In this document: positions 1 through 14,800 of the stretch, piece after piece
How the letters are laid out: every line of letters begins with the position of its first letter
Numbering within the stretch: position 1 is the stretch's first letter
Assembly (NCBI RefSeq): GCF_022539665.2
Contig: NC_081333.1
Location: forward strand, 4,154,001-4,218,000
Direction of reading: 5' to 3'
Length of the DNA: 64,000 bases
From: Daphnia carinata
Taxonomy: Eukaryota
The notes under the pieces: model-generated
Told to the model about the DNA's origin: nothing
The model's database searches: none
The model's input: the letters and a program-made list of their open reading frames with translations, nothing else
Made by a program: the position numbers and the translations under genes

Positions 1-758
1 GTGAGTGACCTGTCAAACTTGGCATTTCGAATCGGCAATTGACGCGTAGCAACCAAATTAAAAGTGTTTTGAAATAAAAGAGACACACGTACAGTTTTAT
101 TTTAGAGCTTACGGTACGAAAATGTCATTCAAACGAAATCGGCCGTCGCAAATGGCCGAAATGGGCAACGCGCCTTCAATTTGCCATCTGCAAAGAATAT
201 AAAAAAAAAAAAATAGGGTAGGCATAATATTCACGCTCCGATGTTTGCTTGATGAGGCGTCCTACGAACACGCGGTCAACGCCATCTCTGGTGCAGACGA
301 AAATGGAAGCAAAAAATAAAAATACAAGTAAATGTTGTAATCACAATACAGCACAAAAACTATTGAAAATGCACACATGCCACAAGACAAAGGTTGTATA
401 CACCATGAAAATAAGCCCTTTCACTTTTTCTGACTCGTTTCTTGATGGTCTTTACCTTTCTCGTCACACACAAATCCTCGCCCTTTTCTTTCAAAACATT
501 TGTCGGGTCCCGCCCTAGAAAAAAGAGTGAAAGTTTGTGTTCTTTTTTGGCCCCCCTATAATACATCAAACGGGGGGAAAGGTTGAATGCTTATCACAAC
601 AGCAATCCGTCGAACCTTCTTTTGTTTTGTGCCAAAAAATGTTTGTGCGCAATTCATTGGCCATTGGTCACGCCACTCGATTCGCGTACGTACGTAACAG
701 TGATCCCGAATGTAACCGTGAATCTCTTATGAATTCTTTGGCCTTTCAACAAGCACTA

Positions 759-786
759 CTCTCTCTCTCTCTTTCTCTCTCTCTCA
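759..786. repeat. Interrupted (CT)n microsatellite
   Basis: CT dinucleotide run with one TT interruption, read directly. Confidence 0.85.
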
Positions 787-2848
787 CTCCTTAGCTAGAT
801 TTAAAAAAAAAAAAACGAAGCAAAAAAGAAAGAGGTATGTCCTTAAAAGGCAACAACGTTCCCGCATATACAACGCAGAGAGATAGCAGTTGGATACACA
901 ACTCCCCTTTGGAATACTTTGCCCATTTAAGGTCAACCCACTTCATATATGCAGCAGCTCTCTCTCTCTCTCTCTTCCCTCTTTTTTTTTTTTAAATATA
1001 TACACACAGTTTGCGCGCACGGGCAAGAAAAGACCTGTAGGCTCTTGGCTCATTGGGAGTCTCCCATTTTTTTTTTCTTTTTCCCTTAAATTTTATTTAA
1101 TAGTGTATAACGATGGAGGAGGGCGATGAACACACCTTTGGCTTATATTGGCTGCGTTCTACGTCAGCTCGAAGAGAAAGTTTCCTTCATCTCGGCCAGT
1201 TTTTCGGACGTCATAAATTTGAGGGGAAAATGTGCAAGAAGAAGCACCTTGTTGTGTATAATCCATCTATAATAGGCCGTCCGTCCATTATCCAATATGC
1301 TTGCGGTATATAACAAACAACATCACACCACACACACACAAGGAAAAAAGAATAAAACAGATTTTTTTAGGTGAAAAAAAAAAAAAGAGAAAATGAGCTG
1401 ACGGACCTTGGACTGACCATCTTTAGCCATGGCAGCTCATCGCTTTCCAGATGGTTGGGGATGGTGCGTAGATGTCAACGATTGGCCGCCTTATATATCC
1501 AGTTTTATTTCTTATTTTTCTTTTTTAAACTGGGCAGCCAATATTATGTTTTTTAAAAAAAGGCTGAAATTCTTTTTTTTTTTTTTTTTTGTTTGCTCTT
1601 CTCACGCTACCATTTTAGATACCCCGTCCAATCACGGACTGGAACCCCCCAAAATTTCAAAAAAAAAAGCGCCTTATTTGTCCGTTTCCTTCACACACAC
1701 ACACAAAATTTAATTTAAGAAAAACAACAGCTGGAGTTCAATGTATTTTTTTTTATGTTTAAATCAGAATTCGAGTCGGGTCAATAAATTGCCGAAAAAA
1801 AGATTTTAGAAAAAAACAAGAACGGAGCAAAATAAAAGAACTGGTATGGTGGGGGGAGAGAAAGGAGAAGAAAAAAAAAAAAAAAAATAGAAAAAACAGA
1901 AATAAATCCAACATCACAAAACAAGTTTATCGATCGAGGCGAGCATTAAACTTATCCAGTTTTTTAATGTTTAATTAAGAACCAAAAAAAAAAATAATAA
2001 AATAAATGAAAAGCGCACGCGCCATAACCCGGTTAAGAAGGAAAAGAATTCATTTAAAAACAAACCATCATTCGCTGATTGAATGCGCTTATTTTTAGAA
2101 TTGGCATGTAAACAAAAAAATAATGTTGAATAAGAAGAACAAAGAAGAAGAAGAAGAAGGAAGAATAATAAAAAAGAAAAATGTGCATTATTGATAGTTC
2201 CAAATAAGCTTCGTTATACGACCGTTTTTGTTGTGCTTTTGTTAATCATTTCCTATGTTAGCACCTGTTCGCAACGAATTACCATAAAGCAGAACAAAAA
2301 AGGAAAAATCACAAAAAAAAAGTCAAACCTTAGATACAATATTTATAATATTTTAGCTTTATATTCAAATGCCTTATTTCATTATTAATTAATTGGGCGT
2401 TTCAATTCGATCTGTGTGTGTAGGTCGTTCGATTGTCCTTCAAATGCGTTTGGCTGGTCAAAGAGAGCTGTTTGCGGCTATGTACCATCAAAATGTTTAT
2501 ATATACTATTTTATTTATATTAAAAAGTTGATACTGGAATTAAAAAAAAAAAAATTAGCACCAAATAAAAGAAAAAAAAAAAAAAAGAAGCTGAAAATTC
2601 TTTACTTTCATCCATCCCTCCCCCTCGTTTTAAAAAATGACGTTTAAAATGATTGCTGTTTGGATTTAATGTCTAGTCATTCTCATTAGCGATTCATTAG
2701 AGAAATCAAAAACGATCGAAAATTAGAAGAAGAAGAAGAAGAATGATTTTCAAATCAATTCGTTTGGGGAGAAAATGGCACGCTTTCTCATTGTTATTTT
2801 TTAATTAATTGCTTTGTAAAAAAAAAGAAAAAAAAATCAGAACTTTAA

Positions 2849-5800
2849 TTACTGCCCGTCGTTACCCCGGACGGTGATGATGACGCCGCCCGATTGCTGT
2901 GGCCGGATCGAGTGGTAGACGGAAGGCGATAAGCGCGGCATATCGGCGTGATCGGACGGCCGGTCGGCCGTCGTGTACTGCGAGCGGCTCATCGTCGTCT
3001 GCTGGCTGCTCTGTTTCGTCTCGCTGCTGAATCCGTCCACAAACGGCTGGACGCGCTTCGAGTAACTCTGGACAGAGTCGCTCTGGCTGTCCGGATCCTG
3101 GTTGGATTTAATCCGCACCGTTTCGGAATAATTCACCGGCGCCGGGATCTTGACAGCCGGAATAATGACGCCGCCATTGCTGCCGATCGAGCCGGCGTTG
3201 CTGAGCGTCAGCGAGCCGCGGCGCAGCGGCGTCAGCAGGTCCCGTTGCGAGCCGAACGGACTTCCGCCGGAATTGTTGCGGATGAGCAACGGAGGCGGAG
3301 TCAGCGGGACGGGATGATTCACCTTGCCTCCTCCGGCCACCGGAGTGCTGGTGTAGACGCGGTTGTTGAAGCCGGCCGATTGGGTCGGAGGCGACGGGGT
3401 GCGCGGAAGCCGCGCATCCGCCGACTTGCCGTCGATCACGTCCTCTCGATTGATGCGGATGTCCTTCAGGTTCTCATCTCCGTGGATGTGCATGAAGAGC
3501 TCCGGCGCCGAGTTCAGCAGCCCCTCCAAGAATTTCTGCCTCTTCTCGATGGATTCAACTTCGGGCGAGTCTTCCTTCGTGGTTCGTGGTCGCTCCGCTT
3601 TGTTCGCGCCGGAATTGTACGTCTTGGGCGGAGGCGGCGGAGGCGGAGCTTTGGTTTTGCCTCCGACGACGCGCGGCAGCGTCTGAGCCGGATTGGCGTA
3701 GTGAATTCCGGCGTTCTCGAGGAAGGCGATCCTGTCCTTCAAACTCCTGGCTTCCGGTTCCAATTCCGGCTGTTGTTGGCTTTCGTGCGCTTTGCTTGCG
3801 CTCTCGTTCTCCTCCTTGATGGTGTCGTTGGTGACGCCGCGGAAGCTGCGGTGCGTCGATTTGGTCGAAGACTGGAAGCTCAGCGGCTGAGCTGGCGGTT
3901 CGGTCGGCTGTGGCGGAGGCGGCGGAGGTGGCGGAGTGGACGGACTGGGAGAAGAAGAGGCCGCGGCGGCCGCCTGCATCTTGCGCCGGTGCAGCGAAGA
4001 GTAGCTCTCGCCTCGCGTCGAATCGTCCAGCGTCGGCGACGTCGGTGGCGACGACAGTGGCGACGACAGTTGAGCCAGACGCTCGCTGATGCCCGACTGC
4101 ACTTTGGTGGAGGCCTGGACCGACTGAGCCGACGGCTGGCCCTCGGCCGGCTGCCTGACCCACTCGGCGTCGGGTTCGGCAACTTTGGGGCTGGCGGTGG
4201 CGTTGCCGCGACGCCTCGGCAACGTGTACAGCGCCGAACTGGAGTAGGGCTGCGGTGGCTGCAAGCTATTCAGCTCCGTGGTCGACTTGTTCAGGTCCAG
4301 TTGGCTCTTGCTGATGCTCGTCACGATGCCCGGGCTCTTGAGCGACGCGAACGGCTGATGGTTCAACTCCGAGCCGCTCGTCCGGTTCAAGAACGACGTC
4401 GATTTGTAGAGCGGGCTGTTCAAATTGGAGCCGCGGATCGAGACGGAGCGCAACGGCGTCGAACTCAACAGGCTCGATCGGCGCTGTTGCAACCCGCCGG
4501 CCAGATTTGCGGTGGCGCTAGTGGTCGACGTGCTCTGATTGTGCCCGATTTGGAAGCTCTGGCTACGGTTGACGGCCGACGATAAGTTCGTCACGCTCAG
4601 ACTGTTGTTCTTGTTGTTGCTCATCATCGTGTTCGTGTTCGTGTTCTTGTTGTTGTTGTTGTTGTTCTGGACGCTCTTGGACGGCGTGATTGGCACGATG
4701 CGGCTCGTTGATTTGTTCACACTGACGCCCATCGTCTCGTTCATGCTGCGGTCCTGGTCGGAGAAGAATCGCGAACTGCTCAAATGATTCGTGACGTTGT
4801 TGTTGTTGTTGTTGCTGATGTTGACGCTGTTGTCCAGCGACGTGTCGGACAGCAACGGCTGTTTGCTGGGCCGTCGCGGTAGCGTCTGCGAACGGACCAC
4901 ATCGCTGCGGGCCGGTTTGTTCGGTTGGACGGGCGACAGTTTGTCCGTTTCCGCTTTGCCGTTGACGACGGCGGCCTTGGTGGCCGTGAAAGGATCTTCG
5001 CCCATGTAGTACTTCTTCATCGGTTTCACGCCGGCCCTGTCCAGCGTTTGGCTTTGTTGTTGCTGCTGCTGTTGTTGCTGCTGCTGGAAAGTGTCGTTGC
5101 GGATCGTTTGCGGATTGCACTGAGTGCCCGAATCCGTTTTGACCGTGGTCGAATTGATGCGTTTCGATTGTTTGCGCCGTACGGGACGTACTGGCGGGCT
5201 GGCCGGCTCTTCCACCGCGAACATCGGCGGCGATTTGGGGCTGCGGAACGATTCCGAAACGCGCAGTTTGTTGTTGCTGTTCGGTCCGAGAAACATCGAC
5301 GTCGGACTGCCGTAATGATTGGAAGATGGCGGCGCCGGCCTCGGCGGAGGCGTTTTAATTGCGTAAGACTGGATCACTTTCGGATTGACGCTCGTGTTCG
5401 ATCGGTTGAGGCTCTGGAACGACTTCTCCGTGTCGACGTAATAGCCCTGCGATTGCGACGAGTAATTGTTCGACCTCTGCTCGCGTTCCGGCACAGATTG
5501 AAGCGAAGAGTTGAGCAAATTCATCCGGCTGGTCGTGTTGTGTTGCTGATTGGCCATGTTGTTGCCGCTCACTGGAGAAGAATACATCCGCTCTGCAGGA
5601 GTGACATCCTGCTGTTTTGTTCCAGGCGTGTGCAACAAACTCTGCGTGCGGGTGATGCCCGAGTTAGGGCCGGACGTTTTGCGGCCGTTGCTGGACGAAT
5701 AGTCCACAGTGGGACCCAAGCGGATGATCGTCCCGCCGGATCGGTTCGGAGTCTGATGTTGGTGCGGGGCCTGGTAGACGGGAGTGGACGTGCGCAGATC

Positions 5801-8800
5801 TTCGGCGTCTTCATCATCGATCGGTTTCACCGGAGGTGGCCATCTCCTCACTTGGCTGTTCGGGGCAGCGTAGGTCGGCTGCTGGACCGGAGCGGTGGGC
5901 GTTTGATATTTTTCCGGCATCGATTTGTTCATGGATTGCAGGAACGATTGACGCGCGGCCAGCGGATTGCTCTGATGGCCTTTCAATTCTTCCTTGTTCA
6001 TCCACGAGTACGTCCCAGTGGCTCTTCCGGCCGAATGGTTGAACGAAGCGGCCCGTTTGACCGGCTCTTGATCTCCGGCCGATAAATTGCGGAACAATTC
6101 CGGTTTGCCGTTATTGACGGGGCTCTGATAGCTGGGCGGGGATAATTTGTTGTAGCTGGTGGATTGCTGTCCGGCTGCCTGGATGCGTTGCGATTGTTGT
6201 TGCGTCGACGTCCGGTTGAAACTGCTGTGATTGTTGATCAATCCGCCGCCGGAATAAACACGCGCATTGGTCAGCGGTTCGTTGGCCAACGGCTGCGACG
6301 GATCGTAGCGATCCGATCCCGAAGGATCGGACTTCATCGTCACGTTGATCCCTCCGCTGGAGACTTGGCTGGGCATCTTGTTCTTCTCCTTGGAGGTTTT
6401 GCCCGTCTTCGATGCGGCTAGTCCTATTTTACTGCCTTTGGCGGACCCGCCTCCGCCGTCCGTCGAACTCGGAGTGGACGATTCGCTGCCGAAGTGGCTG
6501 TCCAGCCAACGCGACGTTTCCAACTTCCTCGTCTCCTCTTCGGCTTCCAAATCGAGCGGCTTCTTGGTCAGCGCGTCCGTCCGCTCGGCCGTCTGCTCGG
6601 CCGTCTCTTGCGGAGTGGCGAGCGGAGCTTGAGCCACCAACTTGCTGGGCTGGACGACAACAGCAGGAGGAGGAGCCAAGTGTTGCTGCTGCTCGGCAAC
6701 GTAGCCGTTCAACTTGCTGGCCTGTTGGCCGTCTACGACGTCCGGATGGCCGTACTGCACCGTTCTCTGCGTCGTTTGGAGCGGCCCGTGTCCTAGTTTC
6801 ACCCCGCCAGAGATATGGCCGCCCTTTGGCACGACGAGGTATTCCACCTGAGGGCGAAAAGAAAGCCATTGACCATCTTGGAATCCAACATTAGGCCAGC
6901 AGGCCAGCCTCGAGATAAAAGGAAATCGAGCAGTTTATGTTTTTGAAAAAAGAAAAAGGGGCGAAAAAAAAAAAAAATAATAAGAACCTGATCCTCGTCT
7001 TGGATCGTCGTGTAATTATTTCGCGTCTCTTTGACCAGCTCGTGGATGGACGAGGTGTCGGACGCTGGACGTTCGTCGTCCGGCTCTTCGTCGTCGTCGA
7101 TCTCTTCGTGATGTTCGTGACGCTTCGTCTCGGTCGTGATTCGCCCGTCTTTTTCTTCGCTGCGCTCCTATTTAATTTTGAAATTTGAATTTGGCGCTTT
7201 ATTCAAATGTCGTTGATTTATTTTATTTTTTAAATCTTAACTAAACGAAATAGAAGTCTGTAAAATGTGAATTAATCGAAGGTCAAATCGGATAACCAAC
7301 TCTCAATGGCCTTTTATGGAATGTCTCCCAAAAACGGGATTTCCAGCGAGGGGGGGGGGGGGGACAGAAAAAAAAAATTAAAAGACAGAAAGAGAGAAAG
7401 TTGTCGACTTTTAAGTTGTTTTTTGAAAGAAAAAAAAATGGCGTCAGGCAACGCGTTCGACATTTTTCGAAAACGTTTTTGGGTGGGGTCTATATTGGGT
7501 TATCACGCACAGATGATTACCTTTTTCACAGCCGACTTTTTCTTTTTTTTTTAAAGGGGGTTTCACACGAGAATGTTATCTAATCAAAGGTGGCAGACGT
7601 ATGCCACAACTTGTCCGAATTGCATTGAATATTAAAGAATAAAAAACAAAAGGGCTAAAATAAGAGTTTAGTACCTCAGTGTTCTCTTGGTCGATGATCC
7701 GCTTGTGTTTGCGTGACTGATGGACGACGCGTTTGCCCGTCGTATAAGGAGCGGCCAGCTGTCGCTCTCCGCTTTCACTGGCGCTGCTGCCGGACGCTGA
7801 ACGCCGACGCCAAGTCAACGCCTCCCCAGTTTCGTGGTGTTTCTCCAAAGCCTCTTCCAATTCCTTGTTGGTTTTTTTTTTTTTTAGTTGGAGGTTAAAC
7901 AAAAGGCCAACAAAAAGAAAAATCAATTTTCTTTTAATTTAACACAGTTAAAAAAAAATCCTTAAAAAAGAAACAGCCGTTTCAATCGCGTTCGCCGTGT
8001 ATGTGTCACGCAATGGAGGGGGGGGGAAACAACAAGAGACGTAAACGAACCTGTCGATAAAATTAACATAAAATCCAATTTGACGCGAGGCTGCATAAAT
8101 AATTGAAAGAAATGATCATTTTTTTTTTTAAATATTTTGTTGGCTCGTTCAAGTTGTTTCACCTGTGGCGTTTTGGGCACGGCCGCAAGTGACCCTCAAC
8201 GATGGACACACAACACGCACAACCTTAACACACCTGTGGATGCTAGTGATCACGTCACTCGACTGCAGACCCCGTTCACTTTGCCATAGCACCAACGTTC
8301 AAATGAACTCAAACATTAAAAAAAATAAAAAAAAGAGGGGGAACTTCGAAGGTGGAACATGGCCACTCGCGCAACACACTCGGCCCTTTTTTTCTTAACT
8401 CTCTGTGTGTGTCGAAGCCCCCGAAACTCTCCAGTGTGTAAAGTCTGGTCGGAGGAGGGAGGCTGACTGCTGGGCCAGAAGCAGCTCAGCCAAAGGGAAG
8501 GAGTATTTAAAAAGATAAAAAAAAAAAAAAAAAAAAAAAACCTACTTTCTATATCCTCCCGCTCACGGCGATATCGTATAGTCGTTGTTGTTTTCACCTT
8601 GCACGTTCGGGCTCACGCCATGTAGGAGGCGGCTCAAAAAAAACGACTAACAGAGCAAGAGGAATGAGAAATGCCATCATTGACAAAAGACGGCATTCCA
8701 CCCAGTGGCGTCTACAAAAATAATAAGGACAAGGGCCTTTTTTTTTTTTCCTTCTTTAAGGACGAACTATTGTTTCTGAATATTATTGCGTCATCATTTC

Positions 8801-11800
8801 CATATTGAGTTTTAAGTTACAAGGGAAGAATCATTGCAGCTGTGTGTTTCAACCTATATATCTTGATGTATAAATCGTACGCAAACGCAATCAAGAGTTA
8901 AACCGGATCACATGTGATAGGGCTCGTTAGATGGCTCACGATGCCGGACATCGAGATAGACGTGCGCCAACAACATCCGACCGGATGTCGATGCCAAACG
9001 GACCGGTCAAAATCGCAGATGGTCACACGTTCAAAAAAAAAAATGCCAACTTGCTACGTTTGAAGCGTTTAACCTTCATGTGTTTTCTTTTTGGGTGAGA
9101 CACACGTTGGTCGTGATTGGACAGTTTGTTATTGGGGCCTTTAGCTCCGTCCGTCCTTGATGCCGACATACTGTTCAAGTCAAACGTCAAGGTCTTCTTT
9201 AAAAAAAAAAACAGACATGCAAAGATACACTTCGAAAGAGAGATTGCATTGTACTTGTATGGAATCCGAGTCACGGACATTGAAAGGAAAGTTCCACGCG
9301 ATCCTGTTTGGCTCTATCTGACAGACGATTATGGGTCAGTTGGTCTTGACCGACACAGACATTTTTTTTTTTTTTTTTTTTGGAATTTTCGTGAGAGTCG
9401 ATCGCACAAACAGATTGATCGGTTTTTCGACACGCTCTCTTTGATGTTTTTGCCATTGAAAAACAAAACAAAAACAATTTCGGTTTCGTGTCCATTAAAA
9501 CTTTCTAGACTATTCCGAAATTTATTCTGAGCTGAAAACGCAATTGCCTTAGTGGAAACATCGTGAAGATTTCCTAACGTTCATGAGCAAAAATCTCATT
9601 GGACGGCGTATTTGAATAACGAACGATAAACTTCAAAAGTTATCCATTTTTTTTTTTTTTTTTTAAATTCCACCAGCGACCACACGACCGTCGATCAACA
9701 ACATCCTGACTCATTACCAAAAGAAAAAACACTTTTCTTTGTCGGCAGCGGCTAGCGGCGGCTTTTCTCTTCCATTTCGGAGAAAGTTTCAAACACTTTC
9801 CGCTCTTTTCTTTTTCCGAAAAACACAAAAAAAAACTACCAGATGATAATGGGTATATCGGGTAGAAACAAAGTACTCGAAAAGATAATGGCACGTCTGA
9901 CAAAAAAAAAAAAAAATCGGGCACGCACGGAAACGCCTGAACCGGTTCGAACGACACACTCATCTTTCGTGACAAGTGGATGAACGTGAGAAAGAGAGCA
10001 ACGCAGGTTGATATCGAAATGGCAAGGCTTTTTTTTTTTTTTTGATACGATACCTGGTGAGTGAGATGACCCAGATGGTGGACTTGTTCCGTTTCCAGCC
10101 GTTCGTCGATCTCGTCCCGCGTGTTGGATTTCTTCTCGTGCTTCTCCCGGACGATGACGGCACCCGGAATGGCCACCCAGCCCTCAGGCGCCAATGCAGC
10201 CACTGTCCCGTCTTCGTCGCCGCCCGTTTTCTTACAACATCCAAAACAAAAACGAAATGAACGTAACGCAAAAGAAACAAAAAAAACAAAACAAAAAAAA
10301 CTAAAAAAAAACAAACAATTGGGGCCATCCGCTTTCGTCATTGTCCAGTCGTTCACCTAGCGGTCGGTGTCTAGACTAGACCAACACGTTCACGCAATTT
10401 GTTTTTGTTTGTTTTTTTTTCCCGCCGTAATTAGGACTGCGATCGTAAACTGGCAATCACCAGGATGATTTGCTATCATTCACTAACCCCTCGTAGGATG
10501 AACCTTCAAAAGGGCCGTGACATCGATCAGCTTATCGCAAGTCGTGAGTCAACAAGGGCAATCTCAATGCCCGATTTTGTTTTCAAAAATGCAACGTGAA
10601 AATTGTAAATGCGTGTCGAAGCTTCCGGATGTGTTTCAATTATGGATCGACAATTTTGTCTTTATTTGGTTTTGTTTTTCTTCGTTTGCTCTCGTTCGTT
10701 CAGAATGCGTAACAGCAGTTGCTCACGCTCTTATGGAAATGTTCTCTTATCGCATTGAAAATACCTCTGTGTGTTCTTCCCGTTTGGTCTCGGTGTCCTC
10801 GGTTGTGCGGGTGGTCACCTGCGGTCCGCTGTCGTCGACCACCTGGCCGTCCTCGGTCACGATCACTTGTCTCTTGACTCGCGTTTCAATCTGCTTCGTA
10901 GTCACCTGCTCCACTTTGCGTTTCTTGATCCACTCTTCTACATTTGTAAAAAAAAAAGGCCAATTAAAGAAACGTTAATCAAAAAAATAAAGAACGATTT
11001 TACCTTGTTTCTCAATGGCCATCGTATCAAAATCGCCATCATCCTGTCAAAAGATAACAAAGAAAACAATGCAAACGAGACATTGTTTTTTTTTTTTTTT
11101 TTTAGATTACAATCTGAAATTCAATCTCGGGACGAATTGAAGGAGAAATCATGTTTTTGTTTTTTTTATGAACGACAATGAATTGACAATTTCTTTTTTA
11201 TTACAAGGAAGTAAAAAAAATATCACCATGTCCATTCATGGTTATAAAACTATTTGGGGCTGTCCCGAAACACACACAAAAAAAGAAAATCGGGATCAAA
11301 CGAAATGTTTATTTGAATATATATTAGCGCTAAAATATTGTAAAAGAGCCAAGTCTTTGCCCAAATTTGAGAATACTACACGTTGAGGGCAGGAACTGAT
11401 TGTTATACATTTATACGTCTGTGTGTATGTGTTATAACTGGAACCCTCCCAAAAAAAAAAAAAAAAGTTTTCCTTCGTTCAAAAAGAAAAAAGGGCCCAG
11501 AGCGTAAAGTTGTTGTTGAGCGATGGATCAACAGAGAGAGAGAGCGAATACGACGTACTCCACCCACACTGGAGAAATAACGAAAAATAGCCAAAGATAA
11601 AAGAAAAGCCACACACGGAAAATAGCAAAAAAAAACACATAGGTGTGTCGCAATACACCTTTACACACAACGATTCCTTAATTTTTTTTTTTTTTGCGCC
11701 CAGATTTTTGTTTTTTTCCCACATCGTTTTTTTCTTTGTACAATAAACATTTCATTTTCATTCAATTTCTCAATCATAATTTTCGATTATTTCGGCAATC

Positions 11801-14800
11801 ACGACGTTTTACTTCGAAAAGGCTCTACGTTCAAACGTGAATCGATTCGTTTTCTCAGCTTTTTTTTTTTGCAGACTTTCGAATCGAATTGCACGAGAGC
11901 GTGAAAAAGCGTTGGGGTCGGGGGAGCGTGTGAAGTAGGTAAACGCAAAAATGTTTGAAAATGGCAAGAGTTTTTACCTTTAGGACGAGGGCTAACGGAG
12001 GGCCCGATGAAAAGTGTTGCGTGAAAGCGACGGCCTGGCCGTCGTTGTCCATGTCGCCACCGATGGGCATGTGAGCCCCGGTATCACAACACGCAAAAAT
12101 AACAGACGCGTTAAGTGAACGCAACTATAAACCGAACTGATTGAACGATTGAAACGATCTAAAAATCGCAGTTGTGCGGTTTGACTGAGCTCGAGACGCC
12201 ACCACCGCGGCCGACACCACCACCCATGTCAATCCCGGTAGAATGACGTCATACAAGACGTGTCTTGTGGCAATGCAAGAGAAGCGAGGAGGGGGGGAAG
12301 GGCTCGCAACGGTGGGTGGTGGTCGCCGGACAGACTCTGCACACACACACACACATGTACAAAAACAAAATGCAGGAAGAGGTTTTCTTTGGCTTGTTAC
12401 GAAAGGAAATGGAACAACCTAGAACACACGAAGCAACAACAATATTAACAACAACCCACTTTCAAAAGGCGAGAATATAAGAGAAAGAGAGAGAGAGATG
12501 AAGCACAGCAACGTCGATGTTGCTCCATACGCTAGCGGAGACTGGAACTGTGTGAGCCCTTGACAGGACCATAATTGGCGCTGCCGGAGCTCTCCTCCTT
12601 CTTGTTTCTCTTGCCATAAGAGGCGGACGATATATAGAAAAGAAATAAACGTAGTCTCTCCCAACTCCCTCCCTCAAGGTCGGCACTTTTTTTTTTTTTT
12701 TTCATGTGTGTGTGTGTGTGTGATGCGTTTTGGGAAGTTTTTTTTTTTTTTTTTTTGAGCGCATGGATGTGTGTATGTTTATGCGGGAGGTCGAATCTTC
12801 GGGAGAGAGAGAGGATTCAATGAGGTACCGGGACGAGCATCCCAAGTCCTCCCCCCCCCTTCTTCAGTGTGTGTTAGAATATTTTTTGAACGGGACTCTC
12901 TCGGCGAAAGACGAACAAGAAGGCGATGAGGGGAGGAGGAATGTGCTGCAGCAGCTCTTAACAGGTACAACGCCAGAGGGCAAACGTCTTATAAAAATAT
13001 AATCCCCTTCTCTCTCTCTCTCTCTCTCTCGGTCGGTTTTTCTTTCTTTCTTTCTCTTGTGCGTGTTATATTCAACCCACTTTATACCACCTTCTGTATT
13101 CGTATAGGACCTTTTTCCTACTCGCTCGGTCGTCGGGGGGGAATGGCGAATGACGCATCATCAGGTAAAGGTGGGCTAGCAAAGATGGTGACGTGATCGG
13201 ACGTCTTCCCATTTTAAATAAAAAGAAAAGAAAAAAGACGAACGCACAGGTTTTTGTCATTTGAGCGACCGGTTTTTCTGGTTGCAGACCGACATTATGT
13301 CGACATTATTTCCTCGTCTTATCAGCTCGTTAGTCTTTTTCTGGGGGGGGGGGGGGGGAAGGGAATTACAAGTTTGAAAACGAGACACACAGCGAGAAAG
13401 ACATGACCAATATTGAACAAGAAAAACAAATCAAAAATGGAAATTGGAAAACTGGGGTGGGATGTATCAACGTCAAATGCATTTGTTATCGGCGAACTGC
13501 CTAATTAGTTTCGCTATTGGTTGGGGCGTCTTTATAGTTAACTAGCCATTACGTGCAACATCGCCCTTTTTTTTTTTTTTTTTTTTTTTTGGCAACACTT
13601 TTTATCGATTCTTTATTTTTTACTGTTGGGAGCAGCGTATTCAGGGTATTTTGTTTATGATATTCCCTCCCCCCCCCTTTTTTTTTTCCTGAAATGGCAA
13701 CGTTTCGTGAAAAATATACGACGATGCTAAAAGAAGATGTATATCTCTTCGGGAGACGAGAAAAATATCCGCACACATAAAAAAAAAAAAAATAAGCAGC
13801 CGGAATTTTAAGACCTTGATGGAACATCCGCACGAGAGATAGGCAGTAAAAATATAACGTTATGCTTTTTACTTGTAAGAAGTTTTGTGCAGATATTTCT
13901 TAATCATAGTATCTCTATACGCAAAGAGGTTTGGAATCATACCTCTATTGTGTGTCCATCTTGGCTTTGTGGAAAAAGATGGAACTAATCTGCGATGTGG
14001 CAAAATTGCAAAACAAATATGGCCATTCGCCATTTAGAAATTTCGCCAGCCAAGTGTGCATTTGCATATTAGGCAGCTTATGCACACATAGATTCAGCGG
14101 GCGGGAGAATGTACACACGCGGGATTTTGGCATTGCATCATTGGTTTATTTGATATTACCATATTCGCTGGCGCCGATCTGACGAAAAGAAGAAGACAAA
14201 AAAAAAAAAAAACACTCATATTTGTTAACTTGAAACGATCAAATCCATATCGCCATTGGGGCATCCCATAAAAGGCTGGAGATTTGAATGCAAGTATTGA
14301 ATATGATTACCAAGATTTCTTTTAAATCTGTGCTGAACTCATTACGGCTACCATGCACAGTTGCACCAACATCCCTTTCATAGTTCTATGCAAATTCCGT
14401 GCTGAAGAAATATCCCTACAATTAAGAAATGATGCTGTTCTCCCATTTTAACCTTTGGACGAAGTGCGTGAAAAACAGGCGGTTGAAAAGGTGTTAAACA
14501 AACACGTTATTTAGCCAAACAAACGTTGGAGGTTTTTAAAAAAAAAAAGGAACTGCCAAATTCCCGTTTTTCCCCCTTTCATTATCAAAACAAAAAAAAA
14601 TCCATCATGTCGTTTCGCCTAACTGCGTGGAAAGAAAAATAACTGAAGGGCAAGAAAAAGGAGGAGTTAACGACATTTCTGGCCGAATGCGCACGCACGC
14701 GATTTTAGATGCAACTTGACGTATCTCTCAGAGCGGGAACACAACGGTTAAAAACACGAGGAATCGCAGTGGGCACTGACTTCTGCATAACCTTGTTTTC

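Noticed and set aside
2948..6085. Long plus-strand ORFs (545 aa and 386 aa) overlapping the large minus-strand exon
   Set aside because: Antisense shadows of a GC-rich, codon-biased exon; Arg/Gly/Leu-rich translations with no recognisable domain or splice context.
8972..8987. Short inverted repeat ACATCCG-AC-CGGATGT
   Set aside because: A 7-bp stem is expected by chance in 64 kb; no extended pre-miRNA-like hairpin.
9640..10356. 238-aa minus-strand ORF
   Set aside because: Only 10230-10054 is a real exon; the flanks are polyT/polyA intronic sequence translating as F/K runs.
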